IMG/VR virus record: IMGVR_UViG_3300017565_000001
Coordinates: 237,741 to 301,740 of that record
Strand: one strand, 5' to 3'
DNA: 64,000 nt
Source of the DNA: a virus
Taxonomy: Duplodnaviria; Heunggongvirae; Uroviricota; Caudoviricetes
In this document: in pieces, positions 1-9,376 of the stretch
Layout: every line of letters begins with the position of its first letter
How positions within the stretch are numbered: position 1 is the first letter of the stretch
Position numbers and translations under genes: made by a program
Notes under the pieces: generated by a model
What the model saw: only the letters and a program-made list of their open reading frames with translations
What the model was told of the DNA's origin: nothing
Database searches by the model: none

Positions 1-93
1 CAACCAATAGTGTACTTGCTGGACCGAAAAGTCATTCAGGACAAGAATATCCCCGTCGAACAAGTTGACGAAACCTATCAGGAAAAGGCTTGA
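1..93 (+). CDS. C-terminal end of an unknown CDS (partial)
   Basis: Frame 1 is open from the window edge to TGA at 91-93 (QPIVYLLDRKVIQDKNIPVEQVDETYQEKA*). Confidence 0.5.
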   Translation, partial: QPIVYLLDRKVIQDKNIPVEQVDETYQEKA

Positions 94-118
94 CAAATGG
101 CAAACCTAGCATAATACT
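90..118 (+). promoter_or_regulatory. sigma70-like promoter
   Basis: TTGACA at 90-95, with CATAATACT about 15-17 nt downstream; lies upstream of the structured region and the vWA gene. Confidence 0.55.
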
Positions 119-151
119 GAAGATAACCCGGCGAACTATTACCAAGCCGGA

Positions 152-241
152 TGGATCAAGACAGCAAAGTTATTTGGCACTTTCCAGCTACAGGCTGGAA
201 AACAACAAAGATTGCCTAATCTCAAAATAGGCATTGATCCA
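152..241 (+). ncRNA. candidate structured ncRNA or leader upstream of the TROVE/vWA-like gene
   Basis: Closing stem TGGATCAA(152-159)/TTGATCCA(234-241) encloses hairpins TTTCCAGC/GCTGGAAA (181-201) and TGCCTA/TAGGCA (213-233). Confidence 0.45.
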
Positions 242-365
242 GAACGACAAACACACTTATACTATAGATTGAATATTTGAAATGAACTTGGGTGTGTAGA
301 CCGTTTGTGGCTCATATTAGAGAATAGCCACAAACAACCACCCGTTAACCAAGGAGTAACACACG

Positions 366-1781
366 ATGTCCACTTTCGCTCAAGCAGTTGCCGCTCAAAC
401 CACGACCACCACCAACGGTGCCAAGGCTTACACCTCCACCCTGAGTGCGGCGGTTGATCTGTTCTTCAAGATCGGCGCCAGCCGTGGCAAGAACATCATC
501 TCGGATTTCACCGCCGCTTATGTGGAGAATCCGGATGTCGCTCTGCGTATCGCGCAATGGGCTCGTGACGTGCGTGGTGGCTCGGGAGAACGCCAAATCT
601 TCCGTGACATCCTGCAACACCTGGAGAACTCGGCTCCGGCCGACGCCCAGCGTCTGATCAACAACATTCCGGAGATCGGACGCTGGGATGACCTCCTGGT
701 CCTGACCAACCCCCTGCTGAAGCAACATGCTTTCGGCCTGATCAAGGTTGCGCTGGAAGCCGGCAACGGCCTCTGCGCAAAGTGGATGCCGCGCAAGGGT
801 AAGGTCGCCGAAGAACTTCGCGCGTTCCTGGGCTATTCGCCCAAGCGTTACCGCAAGACTCTGGTGACGCTGACCCAAGTGGTCGAAACGCAGATGTGCG
901 CCCAGCAATGGGATGAAATCGAATTCGGTAAGGTGCCCTCGGTCGCCGCTGCTCGTTACAAGAAGGCGTTCAACCGTAACGCGCCGGAAACTTTCGCCGC
1001 TTACGCGGACGCGCTGAGCAAGGGTGAAGCCAAGGTCAACGCTGGTGCGGTGTTCCCGTACGATGTGCTGAAGGGCGCATTCTCGCAGTATGGCCGTAAC
1101 TCCATGCCTCTGCCGGAACGTCAACACGCTATCGCCCAGTGGGCCGCTCTGGAAAACTTCGTGGGCGATGCATCGGTTCTGCCGATGGTCGACGTGTCGG
1201 GTTCCATGTACTGCCCGGCCGGTGGTCACAACTCCAAGTCGAACGTGACTTGTATGCAGGTCGCCGTTTCGCTTGGTCTGTATCTGGCGGAAAAGAACAC
1301 GGGCGCGTTCAAGGACACGTTCCTGACGTTTACCGATCAGCCCAAGCTGTACAACCTGAAGGGTGACGTCTTCCAGAAGATGGATCAGATGACCGGTAAG
1401 GTTGGCTACAGCACCAACATCCAAGCCGCTTTCCGTGAAGTTCTGCGTGTGGCGGTGGAAGGTAAGGTTGCTCAAGCTGACATGCCGGCAAACATCGTGA
1501 TCCTGAGCGATATGCAGTTCGACCAGGTGTCGCGTGACGACGCTACGGCGTTCGACATGATTCGCGAAGAGTACAAGGCCGCCGGCTACGACGCTCCGCG
1601 TATTGTGTTCTGGAACCTGAACGCGCATGGCAACGTTCCGACCCGCTTCAACCAGTCGGGTGTTGCACTGGTTTCGGGCTTCTCGCCCGCGATCGCGAAG
1701 ACCGTTCTGAAGGCCGAGAACTTCGACCCGATGAACATCATGCTGCAAGCTGTGATGGTTGACCGCTACACGCTGGCGTAA
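366..1781 (+). CDS. DUF2828-type, Ro60/TROVE-like protein with C-terminal vWA domain
   Basis: 471 aa. N-terminal TTNGA...LFF, RDVRGGSGER, GRWDDL, AKWMPR; vWA MIDAS DVSGS...T...SDMQFD; FWNL, SGFS. AAGGAG SD; strong codon bias. Confidence 0.85.
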   Translation: MSTFAQAVAAQTTTTTNGAKAYTSTLSAAVDLFFKIGASRGKNIISDFTAAYVENPDVALRIAQWARDVRGGSGERQIFRDILQHLENSAPADAQRLINNIPEIGRWDDLLVLTNPLLKQHAFGLIKVALEAGNGLCAKWMPRKGKVAEELRAFLGYSPKRYRKTLVTLTQVVETQMCAQQWDEIEFGKVPSVAAARYKKAFNRNAPETFAAYADALSKGEAKVNAGAVFPYDVLKGAFSQYGRNSMPLPERQHAIAQWAALENFVGDASVLPMVDVSGSMYCPAGGHNSKSNVTCMQVAVSLGLYLAEKNTGAFKDTFLTFTDQPKLYNLKGDVFQKMDQMTGKVGYSTNIQAAFREVLRVAVEGKVAQADMPANIVILSDMQFDQVSRDDATAFDMIREEYKAAGYDAPRIVFWNLNAHGNVPTRFNQSGVALVSGFSPAIAKTVLKAENFDPMNIMLQAVMVDRYTLA

Positions 1782-1791
1782 GCTGGTTCCC

Positions 1792-1823
1792 TAGGGCGAT
1801 GGATAATCCATCGCCCTACCTTT
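1792..1823 (+). terminator. intrinsic terminator
   Basis: 12-bp stem TAGGGCGATGGA/TCCATCGCCCTA just after the stop codon. Confidence 0.6.
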
Positions 1824-1864
1824 GCCCAAAAGAATAACGTCCCAATCAATTTGAAGGTAACAAT

Positions 1865-3142
1865 ATGAATGCAGCATTTGATAGTCTGTACAAGAAAGCC
1901 GTTCTGAAGAACGTGGTGTCATGGGATGTGGCCACCAACCCGTTGTCTGACGCGCAGTCGTTGGAGGAGCAACTTGACGTTGAATACAACGATCAATTGG
2001 TGGCATTCATTGCTGCGAATCCAGATCATCCGGTGTCAAAGTTTGTTGGGCAGAATACCCTGAACAGTGACTTGATTGCTCGTAGCAGCACTATTACGAA
2101 TCGTCTCAGCAACAAGTACAAGGAGATGAAGAAGACCAGGGCTCCTGCTGACGCTGAATATTTCCGTCTCTTCCAGGATGCAATCGAGATCAGCAAGGAG
2201 GCATTGGCTTATTTGGGCCGAACCTCTGGTGATGCATTTACATTTCAGGATCCCATCCTGGGTACCAAGAAGCAAGTTTACGACTTGGTTCGTGGTATGG
2301 CTGACATCAGTAGGGAGTTCATGCAGAGTGGTCGCACGAATGTGAACGAGCAAAAGCTTACGAAAACGTTCCAGGATGGTCTCCAATACATGGATGCCAT
2401 TCAGGGTATCTCCTACAAGATCTCCGATGAAAACGGGTCGTTCATGACAGCTTTGGACAAGAACAATTCTCGGATCCACATTGCGAAGACTGACAAGAGC
2501 GATTTCGAGAAACTGTCGAGTGTCACCCACGAAGTCGGCCACGCTCTTTACCAGAATATGTTCTTGAACAAGCTACCCATCGGCCAATTGGGTGACTGTC
2601 TGTCCCTGTCATTGCATGAGAGCTCGTCCATCTTCAACGAGATTTCTCTGAGCGGCATCAATCCTGAGATCAAACTGGAACCCGCCTCCCTGTATCGCCT
2701 GGGTTCCAACAAACTGGCCTACATCATCCACATCTTCATCCGTATGGAAGTTGAACGGATGTTGTTCGAGGAGAATATGCCAGCAAGCGATATCCCGCAA
2801 GCATGGAACAAGCTGGTTGAGTCATACATCGGGTTGACTCCCAGTAACGACTGGGAAGGCTTCCTGCAGGATGTTCACTGGAATCACGGCATGTTTGGTT
2901 ACTTCCACAGCTATGCCATCGGATTCCTGAATGCCACTCTGATGTATAGTGACGTGAAAGACCAACTGACTGGTGACATGTTGCGCGACACTATGGAAGT
3001 GGTGATGCCCAAGATCGGCAAGGAATATGGTGATCGTTTTGACGAAATGTCATCTAACATCCTGTCGACCGTTCACCCTGACATCCAGGAAACTTTGACT
3101 CGTTATCGTGCATTTGTCTTTGATACCTTCTCAAACGCCTAA
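1865..3142 (+). CDS. M32 (carboxypeptidase Taq-like) metallocarboxypeptidase
   Basis: HEVGH zinc motif, LHESSS, LQDVHW and GYFHSYAIG motifs typical of M32. Confidence 0.85.
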   Translation: MNAAFDSLYKKAVLKNVVSWDVATNPLSDAQSLEEQLDVEYNDQLVAFIAANPDHPVSKFVGQNTLNSDLIARSSTITNRLSNKYKEMKKTRAPADAEYFRLFQDAIEISKEALAYLGRTSGDAFTFQDPILGTKKQVYDLVRGMADISREFMQSGRTNVNEQKLTKTFQDGLQYMDAIQGISYKISDENGSFMTALDKNNSRIHIAKTDKSDFEKLSSVTHEVGHALYQNMFLNKLPIGQLGDCLSLSLHESSSIFNEISLSGINPEIKLEPASLYRLGSNKLAYIIHIFIRMEVERMLFEENMPASDIPQAWNKLVESYIGLTPSNDWEGFLQDVHWNHGMFGYFHSYAIGFLNATLMYSDVKDQLTGDMLRDTMEVVMPKIGKEYGDRFDEMSSNILSTVHPDIQETLTRYRAFVFDTFSNA

Positions 3143-3175
3143 CTAAATACCGGCGTCATTTTGAAGGAGATTTAA

Positions 3176-3415
3176 ATGGCAAAGAAGATCGATGAATCGA
3201 AGGTAGTACCAGGTTTCACTGGGCCCTTCCATCCTGTTGACGAAGGCAAGGCAGGCGGCTTCTGCGGCGTATGGTATAAGCGTGATGATGGCAAGTGGTC
3301 ACACATTTGCTCTGGTCTCGCCCCAGAAAACGCGAAGGCAATTGCTGGTGCTCTGAATAAACGCGGATTGTTTGGTGGACTCAATGAGTTTGCCAAGAGC
3401 GTAAAGCTCGTGTAA
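3176..3415 (+). CDS. hypothetical protein (probably late)
   Basis: 79 aa, AAGGAG SD, TAAATA upstream, terminator at 3433-3460. Confidence 0.7.
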   Translation: MAKKIDESKVVPGFTGPFHPVDEGKAGGFCGVWYKRDDGKWSHICSGLAPENAKAIAGALNKRGLFGGLNEFAKSVKLV

Positions 3416-3491
3416 AGGCTACTGGCCTCTGAGAAAGGTGATCTTCGGATCACCTTTTTTGTAACCATGTGAAATATTTCTTCATTTGGTG

Positions 3492-3527
3492 TTGACTTGT
3501 CCAACCACGTATGTACAATGTGATACA
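3492..3527 (+). promoter_or_regulatory. conserved early promoter, copy 1
   Basis: TTGACT-N16-TACAAT-GTGATAC-ATGG; inverted boxes CCATGTGAA (3465-3473) and TTCATTTGG (3481-3489). Confidence 0.75.
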
Positions 3528-3574
3528 TGGCGGTAACGCACAAACAACTGAAGCAAACACAAGAAGAGTTAAAC

Positions 3575-3988
3575 ATGGCAAACGCACAAACGGTCGAAAT
3601 CCTGAAGGTTGGTCACGCTCTGGTCGCTGGCACCCGTGGTGAAAATGGCGGCGCTCCTAGCAAGGACAGCATCTGGGGTTTGGCGCGTATCCAAGGCAAC
3701 CTGGTCAAGTTCTACGGTCGTCGCGGTGGTGTGCTGCGCTACAAGACGGCTCGTAAGGTCGATCTGGAACTGGTCCTCGCGCAATACGACAGCAAGCTGA
3801 ACGGCACCGACGGCAAGGGCATCCAATACAAGGACCTCACGGCCGACGAACAAGCGATCGTGGTCCCCGGTCTGCAAGACTTCGTGAAGAAGGGCTTCTA
3901 CAAGGCCATGGGCTGCGGCAAGCTGAACAACCGTGACACCAAGAAGCCGGCCAAGGCTGCTCCGGTGGCAGACGCTGCGACGGCCTAA
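3575..3988 (+). CDS. WGR-like domain protein, paralog 1
   Basis: SKDSIWGLARIQGNLVKFYGRRGG; close paralog of 37096-37488; alternative in-frame ATG at 3527. Confidence 0.7.
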   Translation: MANAQTVEILKVGHALVAGTRGENGGAPSKDSIWGLARIQGNLVKFYGRRGGVLRYKTARKVDLELVLAQYDSKLNGTDGKGIQYKDLTADEQAIVVPGLQDFVKKGFYKAMGCGKLNNRDTKKPAKAAPVADAATA

Positions 3989-4049
3989 ACAAACAGGATA
4001 CAAACAACAAAGGGACCCCTGGGGTCCCTTTTCGTTGTATAATGGCACC

Positions 4050-4343
4050 ATGCAAAAGACCATCTCCAACGGTGTCATTACCGATCGGGCAAGTTATCAC
4101 ATTGTCAACCAATATGGTTGGGAGCCTCGTGCTTGTTTTGAAATCCTCTATACACTTCCAGGATTTGGTGCCAACGAGTCTGCCGCGCTCGCTGACATCG
4201 AGGCTACGTTGTGGCAAACTGTAAATGGGCGAGTCTATCACTACTACGAAACCCTTTTGCGCGACTACGAGTTCTGTATAACATTCACCATTTACTTTGA
4301 ACACCAGGAAGATGCCCTATTGTTCAAATTGGCAGCCGCCTGA
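4050..4343 (+). CDS. small protein, FxxxxDAxxFxL family (apparently leaderless)
   Basis: Ends FEHQEDALLFKLAAA; ATG 6 nt after TATAAT (4038-4043), no SD. Confidence 0.7.
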   Translation: MQKTISNGVITDRASYHIVNQYGWEPRACFEILYTLPGFGANESAALADIEATLWQTVNGRVYHYYETLLRDYEFCITFTIYFEHQEDALLFKLAAA

Positions 4344-4642
4344 TGGACCAACGTGATATCGTTATGAGCGACATGGTGCTACCGTCGTCGCCTATCTATA
4401 TGGTTGGTAATGAACAAGTCACTATGGTGGCCGGACTTGTTATCGACTGTCATTGTGACTTCATGCAAGCACTCGACTATCGTCTTGAAATGGAAACGTG
4501 GCTCAAAAATAATGGCCAAGCCAGATTTAACGTCATTATGAATTCAGCTCATAAAGAATACGATAGACCTTGCTATCGTGTTCGAATATTATTCGAAAGC
4601 ATCGAAGACGCCATCTATATCAAGTTGAAATACGGTGGGTGA
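4343..4642 (+). CDS. small protein, FxxxxDAxxFxL family
   Basis: METWLKNN...FESIEDAIYIKLKY; TGATG coupling. Confidence 0.7.
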   Translation: MDQRDIVMSDMVLPSSPIYMVGNEQVTMVAGLVIDCHCDFMQALDYRLEMETWLKNNGQARFNVIMNSAHKEYDRPCYRVRILFESIEDAIYIKLKYGG

Positions 4643-4717
4643 ACTGAAGTTTGATTGGTGTTGATCCAAACGAATTTTCATGTAGAATGAATACTTCATC
4701 AAACAAGGAGGATCACC

Positions 4718-5104
4718 ATGCACGCTCGCGTCACCGCCTACAAGGGCCATATTGTCATCGAACTGTTGACGCTGGTTTCCATCCCCAACGAAACCTCCGT
4801 GTCGATGGACAACCCCGGCAACTTCGGTCAAGTCATCATGAACACCGAAAAGAACCTGGGCGTGTCCCAAGAAGCCATCGAACTCCTGAAAACCGTCAAA
4901 AGTGGTCCTGACGGCATTGGTGCTGTTGACTGGTTCGCCACTGAAACTGCCGCAGGCAAGGGCCATGCGTTTTCGTGGATCGGTGGACAATATGCGTTGG
5001 TTCTCGCAGCCGAGGCTGTCGCTAGCCGTCAATGGGAAATGGGCAAGTATGTGTCTATCCCCAACGACGTGCCACAAGGTGCAATGGAAGCTATCGACGG
5101 CTGA
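4718..5104 (+). CDS. hypothetical protein
   Basis: 128 aa, AGGAGG SD, promoter TTGATC-N16-TAGAAT at 4661-4688. Confidence 0.75.
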   Translation: MHARVTAYKGHIVIELLTLVSIPNETSVSMDNPGNFGQVIMNTEKNLGVSQEAIELLKTVKSGPDGIGAVDWFATETAAGKGHAFSWIGGQYALVLAAEAVASRQWEMGKYVSIPNDVPQGAMEAIDG

Positions 5105-5409
5105 TGTTGAAACCAACAACGATCAAGACAGTTGAACCCAGTTGTGTTCCGGCTGGGTTGATCAACCTCTATGCCAAGACTTTGCGGCCCAGCTCTTGTG
5201 TGTACATGCAATTTAAGAAGAATTCTTCGCCAAAAGCCAAGGATCAATATCACGACTACAAGAAGCAGTTGAAGAAGTGGCTTCAGGCTAACATCTCTGG
5301 CAAGAATTGTTGCATCACATCAACGGGCGGTCGATCTATTCAAATGTGGATTTTATTTGAAAGCGATAGTGATGCAATGGTGTTCAGACTGTCGTGGGAA
5401 ACGTCATGA
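5104..5409 (+). CDS. small protein, FxxxxDAxxFxL family
   Basis: LKKWLQAN...FESDSDAMVFRLSW; start taken at the TGATG overlap. Confidence 0.7.
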   Translation: MLKPTTIKTVEPSCVPAGLINLYAKTLRPSSCVYMQFKKNSSPKAKDQYHDYKKQLKKWLQANISGKNCCITSTGGRSIQMWILFESDSDAMVFRLSWETS

Positions 5410-5705
5410 TTCTAGTTCCCAAAAAGATTAAGATAGTTGATCCAAAGGACGTCCATAAAGGCTTCTGGATGCGGCGTGGGCTGACGACCTTGGAGTATTG
5501 CCTATACATGAAAGTCACCAGAACAGTCAGCATTGTGGGTGATGACAGTTTTCATGTCTACAAGAAGGCTTTGAAAAAATGGTTGCGGACCAACCCATCA
5601 GGGCGGGCAAACTATGTATCAGGTACCTACAACAAAAATTATCGCATCTGGGTGCTGTTTGAAAAAGAAGAAGATGGTATGATGTTCAGACTTTCTTGGG
5701 GCTGA
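5406..5705 (+). CDS. small protein, FxxxxDAxxFxL family (tandem paralog of the previous gene)
   Basis: YKKALKKWLRTN...FEKEEDGMMFRLSWG. Confidence 0.7.
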   Translation: MILVPKKIKIVDPKDVHKGFWMRRGLTTLEYCLYMKVTRTVSIVGDDSFHVYKKALKKWLRTNPSGRANYVSGTYNKNYRIWVLFEKEEDGMMFRLSWG

Positions 5706-5708
5706 CTT

Positions 5709-6008
5709 ATGAAGCCTGGATTCACTTGTTCAATCAATACCTATTGTAGAGGCCAGGTATTATTCCTACCTGACGGGCGGCGAAAAACGCCCCGAGCCAC
5801 TATGCAGCTTTCTTGGAGGGCGAAATCTCCCAGCGAACATTTTGCGTTCAAGGACGAGATCATGCGGTGGGCAAAAGACAGTTGTCTGGGGGCTATCAAT
5901 TTTTATGGAGGCAGTGCCACGCCACAATCCAATGGTTTCTGGTGTACGCTTCGGTTTCGCTTTGAACTGCTGGAAGACGTGGCAACTTTTAAGCTGGCTT
6001 GGTGTTGA
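5709..6008 (+). CDS. small protein, FxxxxDAxxFxL family
   Basis: IMRWAKDS...FELLEDVATFKLAW. Confidence 0.7.
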   Translation: MKPGFTCSINTYCRGQVLFLPDGRRKTPRATMQLSWRAKSPSEHFAFKDEIMRWAKDSCLGAINFYGGSATPQSNGFWCTLRFRFELLEDVATFKLAWC

Positions 6009-6102
6009 CTTTAAACCAAACTGGCATTATCATTTGCCTTGTAGTAACTCAATGGTAGCGGATGGGGCTCGAAAATCCATTCACAACTATTGGGAGATTT
6101 AC

Positions 6103-6675
6103 ATGAAGAAGATTGTTTCGCTGTTCGTGCGTGACTTTACTGGTAATCGCAAGGTCATGGACCAGGTTTCGCCTGGAGCGGAATGGGTAGCTGATGGAGA
6201 AGGCGTTGCCACTCGTAAATGGGATGGTATCGCCGTAATGGTGAGGGGAGGCCAATATTTCCGGCGTTACGACGCCAAGACCGGTCGAACCCCTCCCCAG
6301 GACTTCATCCCGGCCCAACCGCAACCTGACCCGAAGAGTGGGCATTGGCCTGGTTGGGTCCCTGCTGTTCTACCCGAGTCCAAGTACATCTTGGCAGGAA
6401 TCGAGTGGGGCAAGCGGAATCTGTTCCAGGACGGCGCGATCCCTGATGGGACCTACGAAGTTTGTGGGCCTCGTATCGGAACCCGCCATGGTGCCAACCC
6501 TGAGGGACTGACTGAGCACATCTTGGTTCGTCATGGCCAAGATGAACTGGCTGATTGCCCGCGAGACTTTCAAGGCTTGATGACTTACTTGTCTGATAAG
6601 TGCATTGAAGGAATTGTGTGGCACCATCCAGATGGTCGTATGGTGAAGATCAAGAAAGCTGACTTCCCATACTAA
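6103..6675 (+). CDS. putative RNA ligase (DUF5565/RLIG1-like nucleotidyltransferase)
   Basis: Motif I ATRKWDG, GTYEVCGP, EGIVWHHPDGRMVKIK; GGGAG SD before ATG 6103. Confidence 0.7.
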   Translation: MKKIVSLFVRDFTGNRKVMDQVSPGAEWVADGEGVATRKWDGIAVMVRGGQYFRRYDAKTGRTPPQDFIPAQPQPDPKSGHWPGWVPAVLPESKYILAGIEWGKRNLFQDGAIPDGTYEVCGPRIGTRHGANPEGLTEHILVRHGQDELADCPRDFQGLMTYLSDKCIEGIVWHHPDGRMVKIKKADFPY

Positions 6676-6723
6676 TATTGGTGGTTGAGATTTCTCTCAA
6701 CCACCATTTTCATAGGACAAAAT

Positions 6724-7020
6724 ATGACCGAGAATCAAATTGACCAACCTTCCAACGAAGCCCTTGCGGAAGCGGAGTACCTGATCGTCAAGATCAAGAA
6801 GCTGAACGGCAATGATTATTCGGGTCTGAGGGCCGAGATCGCCCTGTTCTTCGACAATTTCCTGTGGCAAGGCAATTGGGACTGCACCCTGGCTATCGAT
6901 ACGGAGCTCCCCAATCTGCGCTTCATCCAAGAAGATGAATACGATCAACACATGGATGAAAGTGATGACAAGCCCGATTATGACCTGTACGCTTGCGGTC
7001 ATTACGTCATCTTTGTCTGA
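6724..7020 (+). CDS. hypothetical acidic protein
   Basis: ORF with AGGA SD. Confidence 0.6.
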   Translation: MTENQIDQPSNEALAEAEYLIVKIKKLNGNDYSGLRAEIALFFDNFLWQGNWDCTLAIDTELPNLRFIQEDEYDQHMDESDDKPDYDLYACGHYVIFV

Positions 7021-7035
7021 TCATTCATTTGGTGC

Positions 7036-7072
7036 TTGACTCTGAGTGAAACCATGTTTATCATTTGATACA
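7036..7072 (+). promoter_or_regulatory. conserved early promoter, copy 2
   Basis: TTGACT-N17-TATCAT-TTGATAC-ATGGTAA; TTCATTTGG at 7024-7032. Confidence 0.8.
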
Positions 7073-7098
7073 TGGTAAGCAAACACAAGGAGCAGTAA

Positions 7099-7389
7099 AT
7101 GAATGTGACTTTCATCAAGCGCGACAAGGACCAAGTTGAAGCTGATCTGAAAGCAAAGGCTGCTGTCTATGCCCGTGAAGCATTGGGTAAGTCACTCACC
7201 ATTCGTCTCGCTGCTCAGAACCGCCCCTCGCGTGCTGCCGTGTCCACTGCCACGGGCATCATCGTTGAATGCGAGTTTGGGCGCTTCGACTACACCCTGG
7301 CGAAGGCTACGGTGGTCTTCCGCGTGGTGATGGAATGTGGCCCCAACAAAGTGCGCCGCGAAACGTTCGTGAAGAACTTGCCGGCATAA
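7099..7389 (+). CDS. hypothetical early protein
   Basis: 96 aa, AAGGAG SD. Confidence 0.75.
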   Translation: MNVTFIKRDKDQVEADLKAKAAVYAREALGKSLTIRLAAQNRPSRAAVSTATGIIVECEFGRFDYTLAKATVVFRVVMECGPNKVRRETFVKNLPA

Positions 7390-7398
7390 GGTGAGCAA

Positions 7399-7722
7399 GT
7401 GTTCGACGTGTCATTACCCTGGCTAGACCAAATAACGGATTACGATCCAATTTGGTGGGAGTGGGAAAACTACAGTTTCAAAATCAGGGCAGTCTTCATG
7501 TTGGCATCAACACATGAAATGAATCTCGCCTTGGATGAAGTTGAGCGGGCCATGATTCATATTGATGCGACGAAATACAGCATCAATCAACATCCGAGTT
7601 TCGCTTCGATTGTGGTTTACTTTGATGCGGACGACCTGGACTGGTTGACGATTCTCAGGCTGCAAACCAGTTCTGATGATCCAGTGCAAAAACATTTGAT
7701 GCAGATCGAGAAATTAGCTTGA
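7399..7722 (+). CDS. hypothetical protein (degenerate FxxxxDAxxFxL family)
   Basis: VVYFDADDLDWLTILRL. Confidence 0.55.
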   Translation: MFDVSLPWLDQITDYDPIWWEWENYSFKIRAVFMLASTHEMNLALDEVERAMIHIDATKYSINQHPSFASIVVYFDADDLDWLTILRLQTSSDDPVQKHLMQIEKLA

Positions 7723-7755
7723 CGCCAAATGAATCCATGTTTATCATTTGATACA
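7719..7755 (+). promoter_or_regulatory. conserved early promoter, copy 3
   Basis: TTGACG-N17-TATCAT-TTGATAC-ATGGTAAAC; CCAAATGAA box in the spacer (7725-7733). Confidence 0.8.
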
Positions 7756-7781
7756 TGGTAAACAACACGCAGGAGAAACAA

Positions 7782-8096
7782 ATGGCCCGTAAACAAATGT
7801 CCGAAGCTGAACAAGTCGATGCGTTCTTCGCCAAGATCGAAAAGCAGAACCAGGAACGTGATGCCAAGGTCAAGGTCACCCAGGAAGATGTGGTGAAGGA
7901 AGCCAAGTTTCTGCTGGACTGGGCCAAGAGCAAGGAAGTCGTGATCGATCTCAACATGACCAACTACTACCGTTGCGGTAAGTACATGTCCAAGATCTTG
8001 CCCAAGGTGGTTGATGCTATGCTGGAACAGGGCCTGATCACCGGTTCCAAGACCCGCTTCAAGATGAACAAAGCCGCCGTCAAAGCTCTGGGTTAA
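7782..8096 (+). CDS. hypothetical early protein
   Basis: AGGAG SD before ATG 7782; in-frame upstream ATG at 7755. Confidence 0.75.
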   Translation: MARKQMSEAEQVDAFFAKIEKQNQERDAKVKVTQEDVVKEAKFLLDWAKSKEVVIDLNMTNYYRCGKYMSKILPKVVDAMLEQGLITGSKTRFKMNKAAVKALG

Positions 8097-8106
8097 GGAG
8101 AAACAC

Positions 8107-8400
8107 ATGGAACTCAAAGTCACCAGAATCGAAGAACAAGCCACGTACTGCGGTTTCAAGTTCAAGGTGATCACTGACGGTAACGGTGAAGTGACCGTGT
8201 TCCGCGTCACTGCTGACCGTCCCTGGATCCCACCCAGCACCTTCGTCCTGACCCTTCGGGATGGTGAAGTTGCTTGGGCGCATTCGTTCAAGGTCAATAC
8301 CCCGTTCAAGTTCAACAGCAAGGTCGAGGCCATGGATTGGCTGACCCGCACTGGCCCTGATGGCATCAAGAATGCCGTGATGGCTGCGATTGTTCTGTAA
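8107..8400 (+). CDS. hypothetical protein
   Basis: 97 aa, AAGGAG SD. Confidence 0.75.
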   Translation: MELKVTRIEEQATYCGFKFKVITDGNGEVTVFRVTADRPWIPPSTFVLTLRDGEVAWAHSFKVNTPFKFNSKVEAMDWLTRTGPDGIKNAVMAAIVL

Positions 8401-8410
8401 GGAGAGCATC

Positions 8411-8602
8411 ATGCCTGAAATCACCGAAGACGAAACCTATTTCGGTCGTGGAGTCTACGTTTACTGCGATCAACATATGCGTCCGCATTCCACGGGCTGG
8501 TGTACGGTCGGTCTGAAGCACAAACAGAAGCTGGATGCCGATAACATCCAGGACGCCTACGTGGAATGCGAAGCCAAAGAACTGAAAGTTTTCAAGGGGT
8601 AA
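8411..8602 (+). CDS. small hypothetical protein, possibly metal-binding
   Basis: YCDQHMRPHSTGWC; AAGGAG SD. Confidence 0.65.
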   Translation: MPEITEDETYFGRGVYVYCDQHMRPHSTGWCTVGLKHKQKLDADNIQDAYVECEAKELKVFKG

Positions 8603-8605
8603 AAC

Positions 8606-8908
8606 ATGGAAGATAAGATCATCATTCGTGAAAACGAAAAACTGCTGGAAGCTGCCAAGAATCTGTTCGGCCCGGAACTCGTGGCCAATGCGTGGCTGTG
8701 TACTGATTGTGAAGATTTCTACACGGTCGCCGACTACAAGGAACAGTTGGACAATCGCGAAACTTATCTGCGCACCGACGACACCAAGATCGACCTGGAT
8801 GCAATTTCGTTCATCATCAAACTGGTAAACGGCAATTGTCTGGAGTTCACGGCTTCGGAATGGGGAGCTATCACCAAGATTCCGGAAGCCAACCTGCAAA
8901 GGGAGTGA
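8606..8908 (+). CDS. hypothetical protein
   Basis: 100 aa ORF within the operon. Confidence 0.65.
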   Translation: MEDKIIIRENEKLLEAAKNLFGPELVANAWLCTDCEDFYTVADYKEQLDNRETYLRTDDTKIDLDAISFIIKLVNGNCLEFTASEWGAITKIPEANLQRE

Positions 8909-8945
8909 TTTGCGCTTGATTGCCAATTGTTCTATAATTGGCAAT

Positions 8946-9092
8946 ATGCAAAACGTAGATTACATCGTCCAAGCAGCGGGATATTTTGGTGTTGGTGCCG
9001 TGATCGGCATGTTCACTTACCTGCTGGTTGAGTACACCCGTGTCGCCATTCGATACTTCAAGCGGCGCTTGCCGCAAGATCACAAGGAGTAA
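8946..9092 (+). CDS. small membrane protein (apparently leaderless)
   Basis: One hydrophobic segment; ATG 7 nt after TTGCGC-N17-TATAAT (8910-8938). Confidence 0.5.
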   Translation: MQNVDYIVQAAGYFGVGAVIGMFTYLLVEYTRVAIRYFKRRLPQDHKE

Positions 9093-9096
9093 CTCC

Positions 9097-9330
9097 ATGC
9101 AAGCTCAACAAGTCCTGAACCAAGCCCTGAACCTTCTGCAGACTGGTGAGCAACTGTTCGCCGAAGAAGCGGTGAAGTGTGTGGAACTCCGTCACGCGGT
9201 TTCCACCAACGCCCTGCAAATCCTAGCTCTGGCTCCCGGCAACGAGCAAGAACGCATCCAGAACGCAATCAACATGGCTCCGTACACCATTGCTGTTGGT
9301 GAACCTGGTCCGGTAGCAGTCGCAGCCTAA
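9097..9330 (+). CDS. hypothetical protein
   Basis: AAGGAG SD; followed by a 16-bp inverted repeat (9329-9367). Confidence 0.65.
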   Translation: MQAQQVLNQALNLLQTGEQLFAEEAVKCVELRHAVSTNALQILALAPGNEQERIQNAINMAPYTIAVGEPGPVAVAA

Positions 9331-9376
9331 ATGAATAGCGATGATCAAAAGTCATCGCTATTCATTTGAATAGATC

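Noticed and set aside
295-306. 12-nt match TGTAGACCGTTT with 37534-37545
   Set aside because: Many 12-mer matches are expected by chance in 64 kb, and the orientation relative to transcription is opposite.
345-1748. 467-aa antisense ORF
   Set aside because: Shadow of the codon-biased vWA gene; no recognisable motifs.
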